Positions 1 to 9,118 of a DNA stretch of 64,000 nt are shown piece after piece. Within the stretch, counting starts at the first letter, position 1, and every line of letters starts with the position of its first letter. Position numbers and translations under genes: made by a program. This DNA is from Candidatus Bathyarchaeia archaeon (lineage in GTDB: Archaea > Thermoproteota > Bathyarchaeia > 40CM-2-53-6). The DNA is taken from assembly GCA_049517415.1 (NCBI GenBank), contig JBEKSC010000012.1, positions 1 to 64,000 of the forward strand, read 5' to 3'. Under the pieces are notes generated by a model. That model was not told where the DNA came from and did not search any database. It worked only from the letters and a program-made list of their open reading frames with translations.

Positions 1-13
1 AAGTATCACTCGG

Positions 14-583
14 GTGCGCCCTCTGGCCGAACATAAAGCGTACATCAACATTGAGAACGTGGTCGCGACAGGTAATCTCCATCAGAATATTGACCTGAAC
101 TCTATTGTCCGCGTATTCCCTGGCGTCGAATATCGGCCTGAACAATTTCCTGGTTTAGTTTATCATTTGAAGAAACCGAAGTCCACTACCTTGATCTTCG
201 GCTCGGGTAAAATGGTCTGTACTGGGTCGAAGTCGGAGCGGCAGGCTCACAAGGCCGTCATGAAGGTTGTGGACGAGCTCAACCGTAACGGGATCGTCAT
301 TCTGGGTAAGCCTGAGATTCAGGTTCAAAACATAGTAGCCTCGGCAGGTTTAGGCGGCCATATTGATTTGGAAAAGGCAACCTACTCACTGAAACGCACC
401 ATGTATGAACCCGAACAGTTCCCTGGCCTTATCTACAGAATGGACGAGCCCAAAGTGGTCATACTAATCTTCGGAAGCGGAAAACTCGTTTGTACGGGCG
501 CCAAGAAAGAGGCGGAGGTTCACAGATCCATCGCAAAACTGCAAGACGCGCTTGAAGAGAAAGAACTCATAACCTACCCGTAA
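14..583 (+). CDS. tbp: TATA-box-binding protein
   Basis: Two direct TBP repeats (NIENVVAT..YxPEQFPGLVY..LIFGSGKMVCTG / QNIVAS..YEPEQFPGLIY..LIFGSGKLVCTG). Confidence 0.97.
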   Translation: MRPLAEHKAYINIENVVATGNLHQNIDLNSIVRVFPGVEYRPEQFPGLVYHLKKPKSTTLIFGSGKMVCTGSKSERQAHKAVMKVVDELNRNGIVILGKPEIQVQNIVASAGLGGHIDLEKATYSLKRTMYEPEQFPGLIYRMDEPKVVILIFGSGKLVCTGAKKEAEVHRSIAKLQDALEEKELITYP

Positions 584-609
584 CGCCGAATCGGAGGCGA
601 AGTGCGACC

Positions 610-717
610 TGATTGTGCATCGAGAATTGAACCGTTAGGTTTGTCGTTGAAGTGTGTGTGCGCACCACTAGTACCACATACAATAAAACGATGGTTCAAA
701 TTCTATTGCTCGCATAT
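610..717. repeat. Cluster of tRNA-3'-end-like repeat copies (partial minus copy 610-633; plus copy 652-681; plus T-loop copy 693-717)
   Basis: GTGTGTGTGCGCACCACTAGTACCACATAC at 652-681; GGTTCAAATTCTATTGCTCGCATAT at 693-717; GGTTCAATTCTCG on minus strand ending at 633. Confidence 0.8.
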
Positions 718-741
718 TGGCTCAATTGAAAGCGATTTGGA

Positions 742-1239
742 ATGACGACTAACGCACGCGAACATGAGATAGAGATACGAAGACTCGGTGGCAGAGCGGA
801 CGCGGAGATATGCGCTCGTATGATGGCGAATTCGGAGCCTTGGATAACTCTACGACGGGATTGTGATGCGTCTCTGAAGGTTCTGACCGACCCTTCAAGA
901 GAAGTCTACTTAGCCATGGTACGTAATGAGATCGTAGGATTCACTATTCTCACCATGCACGGTGCCTTTGTTGGCTATCTTCAGTCAGTCTGCGTTGCTC
1001 CTCAATGGCGAGGCAAAGGGTTTGGAAGCAAACTGATGGATTACGTTGAGAAGAGAATCCTAAGCGAAACCCCAAACGTGTTCATCTGTGTGTCATCGTT
1101 CAATGGCCGTGTTCAGAGGTTATACGAACGACGCGGCTATGAAGTCGTAGGTGAACTGAAGAACTGGATTGTTCCAGGTCACTCCGAGATTCTACTGAGG
1201 AAAACGATAGCCCCATTGACGGAATTCAAAAGGCAATAA
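742..1239 (+). CDS. GNAT family N-acetyltransferase
   Basis: Acetyl-CoA motif V-APQWRGKGFGSKL, and N..VQRLYERRGY. Confidence 0.93.
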   Translation: MTTNAREHEIEIRRLGGRADAEICARMMANSEPWITLRRDCDASLKVLTDPSREVYLAMVRNEIVGFTILTMHGAFVGYLQSVCVAPQWRGKGFGSKLMDYVEKRILSETPNVFICVSSFNGRVQRLYERRGYEVVGELKNWIVPGHSEILLRKTIAPLTEFKRQ

Positions 1240-1241
1240 CC

Positions 1242-1279
1242 TCGTGTGTGTACGCGCACCAATAGACCCACACACACGA
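1242..1279 (+). repeat. Dispersed repeat copy, hairpin form
   Basis: TCGTGTGTGT-acgcgcaccaatagaccc-ACACACACGA; perfect 10-bp inverted arms around the CGCACCA core. Confidence 0.85.
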
Positions 1280-1351
1280 CTACGTTTGGAACGAGTGTCC
1301 GAAAAGACTCATTAATTTAAACAGATGAGTTCAAGGTGCGAGGTGAAGTGA

Positions 1352-1666
1352 ATGCAGTTTGTCGTTTTTGCCGAGCATCCTCCCGAACTGTGCCCCATGT
1401 CTAACGCAAAGACCCGACAGATGATGAAACAGGGCGCCAAGGAAATGCCCGACCTGGCCAAGAAGTTAGGCGTGAAAATTGTCACGATGAATGTCTACGG
1501 TCCCGAGCACGTCATACTGGCCGTTATGGAAGCTACAGACATCGAGGCTGTCAGGAATTTCATACTACAAAGCAGGCTCATCCAATGGAACACGACCAAA
1601 ATCAATGCCACCTGGTCTTTCGAGGACACCCTGGCAAAATTGGATCAATTACCCACAATATTCTAG
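1352..1666 (+). CDS. GYD/DUF3303-like small alpha/beta protein
   Basis: 104 aa, HPPELCP N-terminus, GAGGTG ribosome-binding site upstream; family by resemblance only. Confidence 0.6.
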   Translation: MQFVVFAEHPPELCPMSNAKTRQMMKQGAKEMPDLAKKLGVKIVTMNVYGPEHVILAVMEATDIEAVRNFILQSRLIQWNTTKINATWSFEDTLAKLDQLPTIF

Positions 1667-1778
1667 CATACGCTGTCTCAGATGAGAAAACCCGACGACT
1701 CGTTTCCCTTTCTTTTTACCAACCTCGATTTCAGTTAATTGGCTCCCATCTAAAGGCAAGTGCGGAAACCGCACTGAC

Positions 1779-1819
1779 GGTTATTGTGTATGTGCGCGCA
1801 CTACTAGACCCACCACCAC
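1779..1819 (+). repeat. Dispersed repeat copy (degenerate)
   Basis: GGTTATTGTGTATGTGCGCGCACTACTAGACCCACCACCAC. Confidence 0.75.
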
Positions 1820-1860
1820 TGTGACCAAAACAGAGAAAATTGGGAGGAGTTGAGTTGGTA

Positions 1861-1900
1861 GCTTCAATTGTGTTGTGTGCGCACCGAGAGTACCACTCAC
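1861..1900 (+). repeat. Dispersed repeat copy (degenerate)
   Basis: GCTTCAATTGTGTTGTGTGCGCACCGAGAGTACCACTCAC. Confidence 0.75.
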
Positions 1901-1905
1901 AGATG

Positions 1906-2133
1906 TCATCGTGGTCGTTTGCCTATTTCGAGGTGAATAAGTTTGTTCCAGTGTCGTTTGCCACAATTAGGGCACTTGACATAATACCAGGCGTAGCCTG
2001 GAATACCTCCGATACCAGCTCTCGCTCCAATAATCCAGCCAATCTTCTCGAATGGAGTGTGACATTGGGCACATCGCAGAGTAAGTTTTGGCGGCAATTT
2101 CATCAGGTCCTTGTTTTCGAGTGAGATCAGCAT
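1906..2133 (-). CDS. Small zinc-ribbon protein
   Basis: CAQC..YVKCPNCGKRHW, two CxxC pairs; fills the gap between two repeat copies. Confidence 0.65.
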   Translation of the reverse strand: MLISLENKDLMKLPPKLTLRCAQCHTPFEKIGWIIGARAGIGGIPGYAWYYVKCPNCGKRHWNKLIHLEIGKRPR

Positions 2134-2145
2134 CCAATTATTTTT

Positions 2146-2188
2146 GTATGTGTGTGGTACTAGTGGTGCGGCCGACCAAATTTGAACC
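2146..2188 (-). repeat. Dispersed repeat copy, best tRNA-like example
   Basis: Minus strand GGTTCAAATTTGGTCGGCCGCACCA-CTAGTACCACACACATAC. Confidence 0.9.
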
Positions 2189-2200
2189 GTAGCCGCTCAG

Positions 2201-2638
2201 TCAACTTGTGGGTGGCCTTAATGGCGTCTTTGGACCGCGTCTTCGATACCAGATTATGAGCAATGCCTCGAACACGAAGACCGCCAAGCCAGTGACGAAA
2301 GATAACGGGAGGACTATGAGGGGAATGAACAACATCAGCCCGAAAAGCCCAATCAGGAAAGTCACGCCGTTGAAGGTCCACAGCCTCGACTCAGGATCCC
2401 GTCCCGCTGCGGCTATAGACATTCCGAGACTGCAACAGATCAGATCCGAGGAAACGATGGACAGTATGCTTACCAGAAGGACGAAGTAGGCGTCAGAATA
2501 CCCTGGCCAGATCTGCGCGCGGAACGACTCGGGAGACTGCAGCATGAGCATCAGCGCTGTAAACGAAAAGCCGGCAAGCAGGCCCGAGACAACGAGGAGC
2601 TGTTCGTGCGGAACACTCTTTTCGGTCGTTTCGCTCAT
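2201..2638 (-). CDS. Hypothetical membrane protein (about 4 TM helices)
   Basis: Four hydrophobic segments; start moved to ATG 2638 (MSETTEK), which lies downstream of a TTTATA box at ~2663-2668 on the minus strand. Confidence 0.7.
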   Translation of the reverse strand: MSETTEKSVPHEQLLVVSGLLAGFSFTALMLMLQSPESFRAQIWPGYSDAYFVLLVSILSIVSSDLICCSLGMSIAAAGRDPESRLWTFNGVTFLIGLFGLMLFIPLIVLPLSFVTGLAVFVFEALLIIWYRRRGPKTPLRPPTS

Positions 2639-2708
2639 GAATTCAAATTCCACCCGTCGAATGTATAAACCTCTCCCGCCGTCGCCATTAGTCGTTAACA
2701 TGATTTTC

Positions 2709-2746
2709 GTGTGTGTACTCGTGGTGCCAGCACTGTAATTTGAACC
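2709..2746 (-). repeat. Dispersed repeat copy
   Basis: Minus strand GGTTCAAATTACAGTGCTGGCACCA-CGAGTACACACAC. Confidence 0.85.
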
Positions 2747-2759
2747 GTCGTTCTAGTTT

Positions 2760-2800
2760 GTGTGTGTGGGTCTAATGGTGCGGGCAACAGAAACTGAACC
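2760..2800 (-). repeat. Dispersed repeat copy, tandem with 2709-2746
   Basis: Minus strand GGTTCAGTTTCTGTTGCCCGCACCA-TTAGACCCACACACAC. Confidence 0.85.
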
Positions 2801-2999
2801 AAGAATCAGCCGATTAGATTCACGCATAGAGACGAATTGAGGTATGTTCATTCTCAGCTTGAATCCTACTTGCTTTCGGCTCACTTTCAGGTTAATTCAA
2901 GCCGAAACCATTATTGGTTGACGGTTCTAAACGAGGGTGTAAAGCTAGCCCGAGGCTCCGCACTGCGTCTACGGGTCATTTCACGATCCAAGCTTCTTA

Positions 3000-3392
3000 T
3001 TGTGCGGGTGCTCTCCGAACGACCCGGTGAATGATGTGTTTGACGATATTGGAGAGATTAGAAGAAGCAGGAAGGAGTATAACCTGAAGATGTTCAGGAG
3101 CGGGGTTGGAACATTCGAAGAACTCGAGAACTTGGAAGCAAATGCACTTCGAGAAGGAGCACTTCCAAAGAAGTACAAGGAATTGATCGGACTGGGAATC
3201 AGCATCTGCGAAAAGTGCTACCCATGTGTCGAGTATCACGTCACCGCAGCCATGGAACTAGGTGCGACACAACAAGAGATTCTCGAAGCTACTGCCGTGG
3301 CTTTGGCAATGGGAGGAGCCGTTTCCGAATGGCCCGCCCGGTTTGTCTTCAAAGTGCTTGATGAACGAGCGCAAGATGTTGCGCAGCACTAG
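3000..3392 (+). CDS. Carboxymuconolactone decarboxylase / AhpD-like protein
   Basis: GALPKKYKELIGLGIS..CYPCVEYH..GATQQEILEA; true start may lie slightly downstream. Confidence 0.88.
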   Translation: MCGCSPNDPVNDVFDDIGEIRRSRKEYNLKMFRSGVGTFEELENLEANALREGALPKKYKELIGLGISICEKCYPCVEYHVTAAMELGATQQEILEATAVALAMGGAVSEWPARFVFKVLDERAQDVAQH

Positions 3393-3450
3393 ACCGGGGA
3401 GCTGTAAGAATTGGTTTTGGTTTTGCACGTGTAAGTTTGGGACGTGTAAA

Positions 3451-3493
3451 GTGTGTGTGTGGTACTAGTGGTGCGAGCGTCGAAATTTGAACC
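3451..3493 (-). repeat. Dispersed repeat copy
   Basis: Minus strand GGTTCAAATTTCGACGCTCGCACCA-CTAGTACCACACACACAC. Confidence 0.9.
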
Positions 3494-3718
3494 ACGGATT
3501 TTCCGTCTGTGCGCGCCAATAAAATTACACCTGCGAAACTGCCTGCAACATACAAGGGCAAGTAACAATAGTCTTGATAGGTGTTCCTTCTCTCAAGGTC
3601 AAGTTCAATTCGCCCAGCTAGAGAGTTGTTCCGTCAAGAACTGCTCCTTTGGATGAAGTTGCGTGGACGAAGTCTGCGATCTTCGGGCGTCATGAATGAG
3701 GTCTACTAGATCGCGGAG

Positions 3719-4018
3719 GTGAGAGATGTTATGAAATTCTTGCTACGATTGCATATGCCAACAGAATCCGGAAACAAACTTCTACAGGACCCCAACTTTC
3801 CAAAGAAACTGGAAGGTGTCCTGAACCAAATAAAGCCTGAAGCAGTATACTTCACTCCAATTGAAGGCGAACGGGGCATCTACATGATAGTCAACCTACC
3901 CAGCGCCGACATGATAGCAACAATAGGCGAACCACTCTGGAATATGTTCAACTGCAAACTAGACCTTCAACCACTCATGGAGCTGAAGGACCTACAACAA
4001 GGACTGCAAAAGAAGTAG
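3719..4018 (+). CDS. DUF3303/GYD-like small protein
   Basis: MKFLL..KPEAVYFT..GERGIYMIV..GEPLW; GGAGGTG ribosome-binding site suggests ATG 3731 as the start. Confidence 0.65.
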   Translation: MRDVMKFLLRLHMPTESGNKLLQDPNFPKKLEGVLNQIKPEAVYFTPIEGERGIYMIVNLPSADMIATIGEPLWNMFNCKLDLQPLMELKDLQQGLQKK

Positions 4019-4108
4019 ATTCACAGTGGGCTCTGCCCCACCCTCTCCCTTTTCCTTCATCATGATTACGAAGACGCCTGCGATTTGAACTGCCGCTTCG
4101 GGCTTTTT

Positions 4109-4149
4109 GTGTGTGTGGTAGGGATGGTGCGAGCAGTGGAATTTGAACC
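4109..4149 (-). repeat. Dispersed repeat copy
   Basis: Minus strand GGTTCAAATTCCACTGCTCGCACCA-TCCCTACCACACACAC. Confidence 0.88.
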
Positions 4150-4194
4150 TCGAAAAGAAATGGGGGAGAGACTCTGGTGCCATGTTACTGAAAC

Positions 4195-4626
4195 TTATTT
4201 CTTGTAGACATTGAGGAGTTGTCTTATTACGAATACTAAGGCGAGACCGAAGATTAGCCACGGGACGTGAAACATGTACTCGGTAAATGCTAGAAGCATC
4301 CAGTTTGGCGGCATTGCGCCTGTGTTATGGAGTCCATCGTGTATCCAGTTCAGGAGTGTGAACCAAAGTGCGATGAAGGAGAGCACTAGGAGCGAACCAC
4401 GAATCTCCCTGGGCCATTTGGAGTAATTCATTCCAAGGTAGATCAAGATTACTATGCCAACTCCGAAGGCTAGGGCGTCCCATATGCTGAGAAATATGAA
4501 GGCTGGAAGCCATGACATCGGCGGCATAGCTGCGGGTGGGAAGATCCTTGGCTGGGTGAATAGAATCACTAAGGCCAATACAGCAGCGACAACTACGAAG
4601 CCAATCTTAGTCGTTCTTGCTGTCAC
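4195..4626 (-). CDS. Hypothetical membrane protein with two intramembrane His motifs
   Basis: 4 TM segments, NWIHDGLH and YMFHVPW; AGGAGGTGA ribosome-binding site upstream. Confidence 0.75.
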   Translation of the reverse strand: MTARTTKIGFVVVAAVLALVILFTQPRIFPPAAMPPMSWLPAFIFLSIWDALAFGVGIVILIYLGMNYSKWPREIRGSLLVLSFIALWFTLLNWIHDGLHNTGAMPPNWMLLAFTEYMFHVPWLIFGLALVFVIRQLLNVYKK

Positions 4627-4780
4627 TTTTTCACCTCCTACTTACTTCACGTTGGGTACTTACTGTCCCTGCATTCCCTTGGAGCTCGGACTAGCAGTCG
4701 AGAACACGGCGATGAATCGCAGCAAGCTCAAGTGAACTGCGGCGAAGTAGGTAGTTATCGCTTGCCATTCCGTAAGGCAT

Positions 4781-4822
4781 GGTTGGGTGTTTGCGTGTGT
4801 GCACACCAGCTATCCCACCTAC
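4781..4822 (+). repeat. Dispersed repeat copy (highly degenerate)
   Basis: GGTTGGGTGTTTGCGTGTGTGCACACCAGCTATCCCACCTAC. Confidence 0.5.
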
Positions 4823-4914
4823 CACCCCCAAAAACGACTTAACTTGCGGAACAGTGACGCCGTGTCGGAGCGAGGTCAGAAAATTGGTTGCTAATTCTAG
4901 CCTGGAAGTACAGC

Positions 4915-5781
4915 TTAACGTTTTGATCCCACGAGGTAGATTGCAACGAGGACCAGAGCGCCACCGAGCATTAGCGATGGGGTTACTTGTTCACCTAAGA
5001 AAATTATCCCCATGATTGGAGCCAGAACAGGGACAACGAGTTGGACAAGCCCTCCGAGAGATGCAGGTATTTTATTTACTGTGGCGTTCCACAGAACATA
5101 GCTGAGCGCCGTACTGATCATACCCATGTACAGCGCTAGCCCAAGGTTCTGAATGGAAATGTTGGTAGAAATCGGCTGACCTAGAAGTGCAAGCGCTACC
5201 GAACTAATAATGGCGAATGTTCCCAAAATCAAGAAACTATTGTACGTGTAACTGAACGTTACCGTGAAATTCCTACCATACGCGGAATACAATCCCCACG
5301 ATACGCCGGTCCCGGCCATCAGAAGAATGCCAAGTAGAGTAACGGAGCTTATCTTGCCGAAAGTTATGACCAGGACCCCGGCTATGCCCAGGAGCTGTCC
5401 CAAGACTAAACGCGGTGTCAACTGTTCTTTGTCTACTAGCACAGAATAGGTCGCCATTGCTAGGACTACGAAGGTATAGAAGATGAAAGTTCCCGCAGCT
5501 ACGGATATGAAAACGTATCCGTAAGATATCGAAAACGCGTACGCCCCCAAGAAGAATGCGCCAGGCAGGTAGGAGGCGTTCGGCTTATCATGATGGAAGG
5601 TCTTCGGCCGCACAGATGCAAGGATCGAGAGGGTGGCTAGTCCGCTGACGAACCTGATTACGGTAAGGAGAAAGGGTGAGACTCGGCCTAGCAAGACCAG
5701 GTATCTTGTTATTACGCTGTTAGAAGCGAAGAATGTCATTATCACTAGTAGAGTAATCCAAACCTGAAGGTCTTTCTTCAT
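4915..5781 (-). CDS. DMT/EamA family transporter
   Basis: About 10 TM, two EamA repeats, LSYVLWN..PIMGIIFLGEQVT. Confidence 0.9.
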   Translation of the reverse strand: MKKDLQVWITLLVIMTFFASNSVITRYLVLLGRVSPFLLTVIRFVSGLATLSILASVRPKTFHHDKPNASYLPGAFFLGAYAFSISYGYVFISVAAGTFIFYTFVVLAMATYSVLVDKEQLTPRLVLGQLLGIAGVLVITFGKISSVTLLGILLMAGTGVSWGLYSAYGRNFTVTFSYTYNSFLILGTFAIISSVALALLGQPISTNISIQNLGLALYMGMISTALSYVLWNATVNKIPASLGGLVQLVVPVLAPIMGIIFLGEQVTPSLMLGGALVLVAIYLVGSKR

Positions 5782-5849
5782 TTCCTCGAGTCGCCGTCTT
5801 CGACCAGAATCTTTTCACGAATATAACCGAATCCTGGATGACCCTCTTT

Positions 5850-5889
5850 GGTTCAATTTCTGCCGTTCGCACCAGCTCTCCGTGTACAC
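5850..5889 (+). repeat. Dispersed repeat copy
   Basis: GGTTCAATTTCTGCCGTTCGCACCA (25-nt geometry intact), degenerate tail. Confidence 0.8.
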
Positions 5890-6011
5890 TTTGCAGTTCG
5901 GAAGAGAGTCACGAATCTCTGTTCGTATGCTTTCGTTGCGTTGCCACGTCGCGTGCACACGCGCGTCTCTTCCAATCATGTTAAACTCAAGATCTGCTCC
6001 GGCTGAACTGG

Positions 6012-6962
6012 TTATTTTTGATACGTTTCGCTTTGGTTGACAGGGCTTTTATGCTTGATGAACGTCCCGTTTCGGTATTCTTCAAACGCTACTCTTAGCT
6101 CATCTTGAGTATTCATTACTATAGGGCCGTACCATGCTACCGGCTCGTGAATTGGTTTTCCCGATATTAGTAGGAATCTCACTGCTTCATCGACGCTTGT
6201 AAAAGCCAATTGATCGCCTTCGTCGAAGATGATTACGTTTTCTGGTCCAATCAGGCAATCTCGTTTGAAATCGAAATAGTTGATGCCTTCGATTTCATAT
6301 GCGTATGGATCTCGTTCTTGGTCGAAGTAAGCTCTTCCTTCGATCACATATGCGAAGACTACATGGCCAGTTTTCACTGTATGCGTGAATTTCGAGTTAT
6401 TGGGAATTGTAACATCTAGGTACTCTGGGTCAGTAACGATATCGCGGACCGGTCCTTTGATACCATTCACTTCACCCGAGATGATTCGCACTTCGGCGCC
6501 ACCATCCACAATAACCGTTGTGATTTGATTACTCGCGATCTCTCGATAGCGCGGATCCATCATCTTGTGAGAAGCGGGTAGGTTGGCCCAAAGCTGAAAA
6601 CCTGACATTGATCCGTCTTTTTCTCCCTGAGGCATTTCTTGGTGAATTATCCCACTCCCCGCAGTCATCCACTGCACGTCGCCTGAACGAATCACTCCTT
6701 TGTTGCCCATGCTGTCTCCATGTTCAACCTCACCACGCAGAACGTAGGTTATGGTTTCAATGCCGCGATGCGGGTGCCAAGGAAAACCCTCGATATAGTC
6801 GGCAGGATTGTTGGAATGGAAATCATCCAGCAAAAGAAACGGATCCAACTCCGGAGCTTGATAGAAAGTGAAAGCTCTCTTTAACCGCACGCCAGCCCCT
6901 TCAACGGTGGCTCTACTCTTCAGTATTCTCTTGATCTTCTTAACGCCACTCATTTCGTCCAT
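6012..6962 (-). CDS. Pirin family protein
   Basis: DPFLLLD..GFPWHPHRGIETITY..QWMTAGSGIIHQE..GPIVMN. Confidence 0.96.
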   Translation of the reverse strand: MDEMSGVKKIKRILKSRATVEGAGVRLKRAFTFYQAPELDPFLLLDDFHSNNPADYIEGFPWHPHRGIETITYVLRGEVEHGDSMGNKGVIRSGDVQWMTAGSGIIHQEMPQGEKDGSMSGFQLWANLPASHKMMDPRYREIASNQITTVIVDGGAEVRIISGEVNGIKGPVRDIVTDPEYLDVTIPNNSKFTHTVKTGHVVFAYVIEGRAYFDQERDPYAYEIEGINYFDFKRDCLIGPENVIIFDEGDQLAFTSVDEAVRFLLISGKPIHEPVAWYGPIVMNTQDELRVAFEEYRNGTFIKHKSPVNQSETYQK

Positions 6963-7031
6963 CGATCCTAGCTATCCTTGAATAAGTCGATAAGAGTTCT
7001 GGTTCATTTGGTGACACAGTTCTTTCCCTCT

Positions 7032-7054
7032 GTGTGTGCTCACCATTAGACCCA
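7032..7054 (+). repeat. Dispersed repeat copy (partial)
   Basis: GTGTGTGCTCACCATTAGACCCA; GGTTCATTT at 7001. Confidence 0.7.
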
Positions 7055-7284
7055 GCTTCCGTTCTATCCGTTCATCGAACTCTCGCATGCGTGGGTCGTG
7101 TTGTCTTCCGGATTGGACGCATTGACCTAGAATCCAACGAGCACGCTTCGAACTCTTCCTGCCGATATTTCCTCTCTACTCCCCCAAGATCACTGATTTG
7201 GGAATAGAGTTTACACTTGCTCCAGGCGGGGGTGAGGGTGAGAGAAAAAAAGGTGTAGAGAAGGTTGAGAATATTTTGGGTGTT

Positions 7285-7704
7285 CTACTTGTAGGTTTTC
7301 AGGTTGGCGTTGTCTTCGTTGAAGACCATTTCAAACATGCCCAAGACTGCTTTCTTGGTTGACGCGTCGTCCATGCCTTGTGCATAGAAGTCTCCTTCCA
7401 CCACGACTTTGGTCTTGTTTCCCATCGGGGTGTATGTGTGTGTATTTCTGGAGCCTTTCATTGGTCCGGAGAGGACTTCGGTGGAGTGTCCTTTGGGTGG
7501 GTTCATGGTCATCTTCCAAGTTTCCGTGTGCGAGGATCCGTCCGGGTGCTTCACTTCGAGTTCGACCGTCATGCCTTTGTCCGATTGTTCGAGGACTTTG
7601 GTGAATTTCACTGCGCTATGTACATGGCCGGTATCGTCGTTGATATACTTCCAAACCTTCTCTAAGGGTGCGTCGAAGACGCCTTCGTCTGTTACGTGTA
7701 CCAT
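7285..7704 (-). CDS. SRPBCC/polyketide cyclase-like protein
   Basis: FDAPLEKVWKYI pattern; start taken at ATG 7704 (MVHVTDEG); T-tract downstream at ~7244-7251. Confidence 0.7.
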   Translation of the reverse strand: MVHVTDEGVFDAPLEKVWKYINDDTGHVHSAVKFTKVLEQSDKGMTVELEVKHPDGSSHTETWKMTMNPPKGHSTEVLSGPMKGSRNTHTYTPMGNKTKVVVEGDFYAQGMDDASTKKAVLGMFEMVFNEDNANLKTYK

Positions 7705-7897
7705 TTTAGGTCGAAAGGGGATTGCTATCTCGCACATTTAAGGGCTATGCAATTCTCTTTTATGGCAGCTCGAAGTCTGCAATCTGCAAATTTCCGTGTT
7801 CTTCCCCTAATCTGCTAGGAGCAGCTGGATGAGTAATTTCCTCAATTAGTCCGCACGCCTACTCCTAACGCACCCAGCCGATCGATGCATGCGAATT

Positions 7898-8638
7898 TCA
7901 GTTTGCCATTGGGAGGATTCTTTTCATGGTGCTGCGAAACGGTGGGAATGCCCTCTTGCTCTGACTGAGCTTCAATTTGATTAGTAGCTCGCACGTTTTG
8001 AGTCCGACAATGGCTGGGTCGATAACCGGCACGGCCAATTTGTCGGATAACTCGCTCGTGACACCAACCATGTTACCACACCCAAGAATTAGAACATCCG
8101 CGCCATCCTCTTTGATCGCTTTGCGTCCTTCCTCAAGAAGTCTCTCGATCATTTTATCGCGGTTCGCCCGCAGCTGCACGGCTGGAATATCAATCGACCG
8201 GATTGATGCACATCGGGACCTCATCTCGTAGAGTTGCATCATATGCTCAGTCATTGGTATAGTACTTTCCAAAGCGCTCAAATACGAAAACCTTCGTCCG
8301 AGCATGCAAGCGAGATGAAGGGCCGGCTCCATTAGGCCCACGACCGGAATTCTTAATCTCTCCTTGGCACCGTAAACGCCAGGATCATCCGCGCAAAACA
8401 TGACGACTCCGTCGTACTTCTCTTCGTCTAGGCGGTCTATCTTCTCTGCAATGTGACTCAGCATCAAATCTGTAGCGAAATGAGTTTCCACCGACTCGAC
8501 TCCTTGATCCATACAGACGACTTCTAATTCAGTATCATGATCCTTTACGGGTTCATACGCGTCTTGCACCATCTTTACAAGATCTACATCGGTCACAGGA
8601 ACTGGTACAATAACGAGAATCTTCATTGCGGGACACAC
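7898..8638 (-). CDS. Asp/Glu/hydantoin racemase family protein
   Basis: DGVVMFCADDPG..GADVLILGCGNM..PVIDP. Confidence 0.9.
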   Translation of the reverse strand: MCPAMKILVIVPVPVTDVDLVKMVQDAYEPVKDHDTELEVVCMDQGVESVETHFATDLMLSHIAEKIDRLDEEKYDGVVMFCADDPGVYGAKERLRIPVVGLMEPALHLACMLGRRFSYLSALESTIPMTEHMMQLYEMRSRCASIRSIDIPAVQLRANRDKMIERLLEEGRKAIKEDGADVLILGCGNMVGVTSELSDKLAVPVIDPAIVGLKTCELLIKLKLSQSKRAFPPFRSTMKRILPMAN

Positions 8639-8718
8639 AGTCGCTTTGCCGCAATATATTTGGCGGAGTTACTTGTGATTTGCGGTATCTTGTCTCACCG
8701 TTTGGTGTGCCCCCATAA

Positions 8719-8790
8719 TTCTATGGGCACAGGAATTTGAACCATCGCCGTTCGTCGTAGGCAAAATGCGCGTGGGTCTAATAGTGCGGA
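8719..8790 (-). repeat. Two partial dispersed repeat copies
   Basis: Minus strand GGTTCAAATTCCTGTGCCCA (8724-8743) and TCCGCACTATTAGACCCACGCGC (8768-8790). Confidence 0.7.
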
Positions 8791-8811
8791 CATGGATATC
8801 TAGTCTAGGAT

Positions 8812-9027
8812 TTAGCGTTCGACTTTGAAACCGATCCTCACGACCGCTTGGAATTGACTCACTTTGCCTTCCTTGATGGATCCTCTGAACTGGGTTGCTT
8901 CGAACCATTGCATTTGCTTGACGGTCTTCCCTGCTTCTTCAACGGCGTTTCTAACTGCGTTCGCAAAGCTCTCATTTGATTCACCAATGACCTCGATAAT
9001 CTTCCAAACCAAATCGCTCACCCCCAT
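8812..9027 (-). CDS. Dodecin (flavin-binding)
   Basis: VWKIIEVIGES..AVRNAVEEA.KTV..QWFE..QAVVRIGFKVE. Confidence 0.93.
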   Translation of the reverse strand: MGVSDLVWKIIEVIGESNESFANAVRNAVEEAGKTVKQMQWFEATQFRGSIKEGKVSQFQAVVRIGFKVER

Positions 9028-9118
9028 AAACCAAACAGTTGCATGATCGTCCAGACCTGCTATTTGTGTGTGTCACACAGCTATGGTCTGAGCAAATGAG
9101 TGCAGCGGGTTCATCAAA

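Noticed and set aside
654..681. Xer dif site (28-bp span containing GTGCGCA, as in the E. coli XerC arm)
   Set aside because: Lacks the inner TAA-N6-TTA signature of bacterial and archaeal dif sites; the similarity is probably coincidental.
2146..2260. Complete tRNA genes at the repeat copies, 9119 or 29910
   Set aside because: No 5' acceptor strand, D arm or anticodon arm upstream; T-stem pairing is broken (position 61 is T in most copies).
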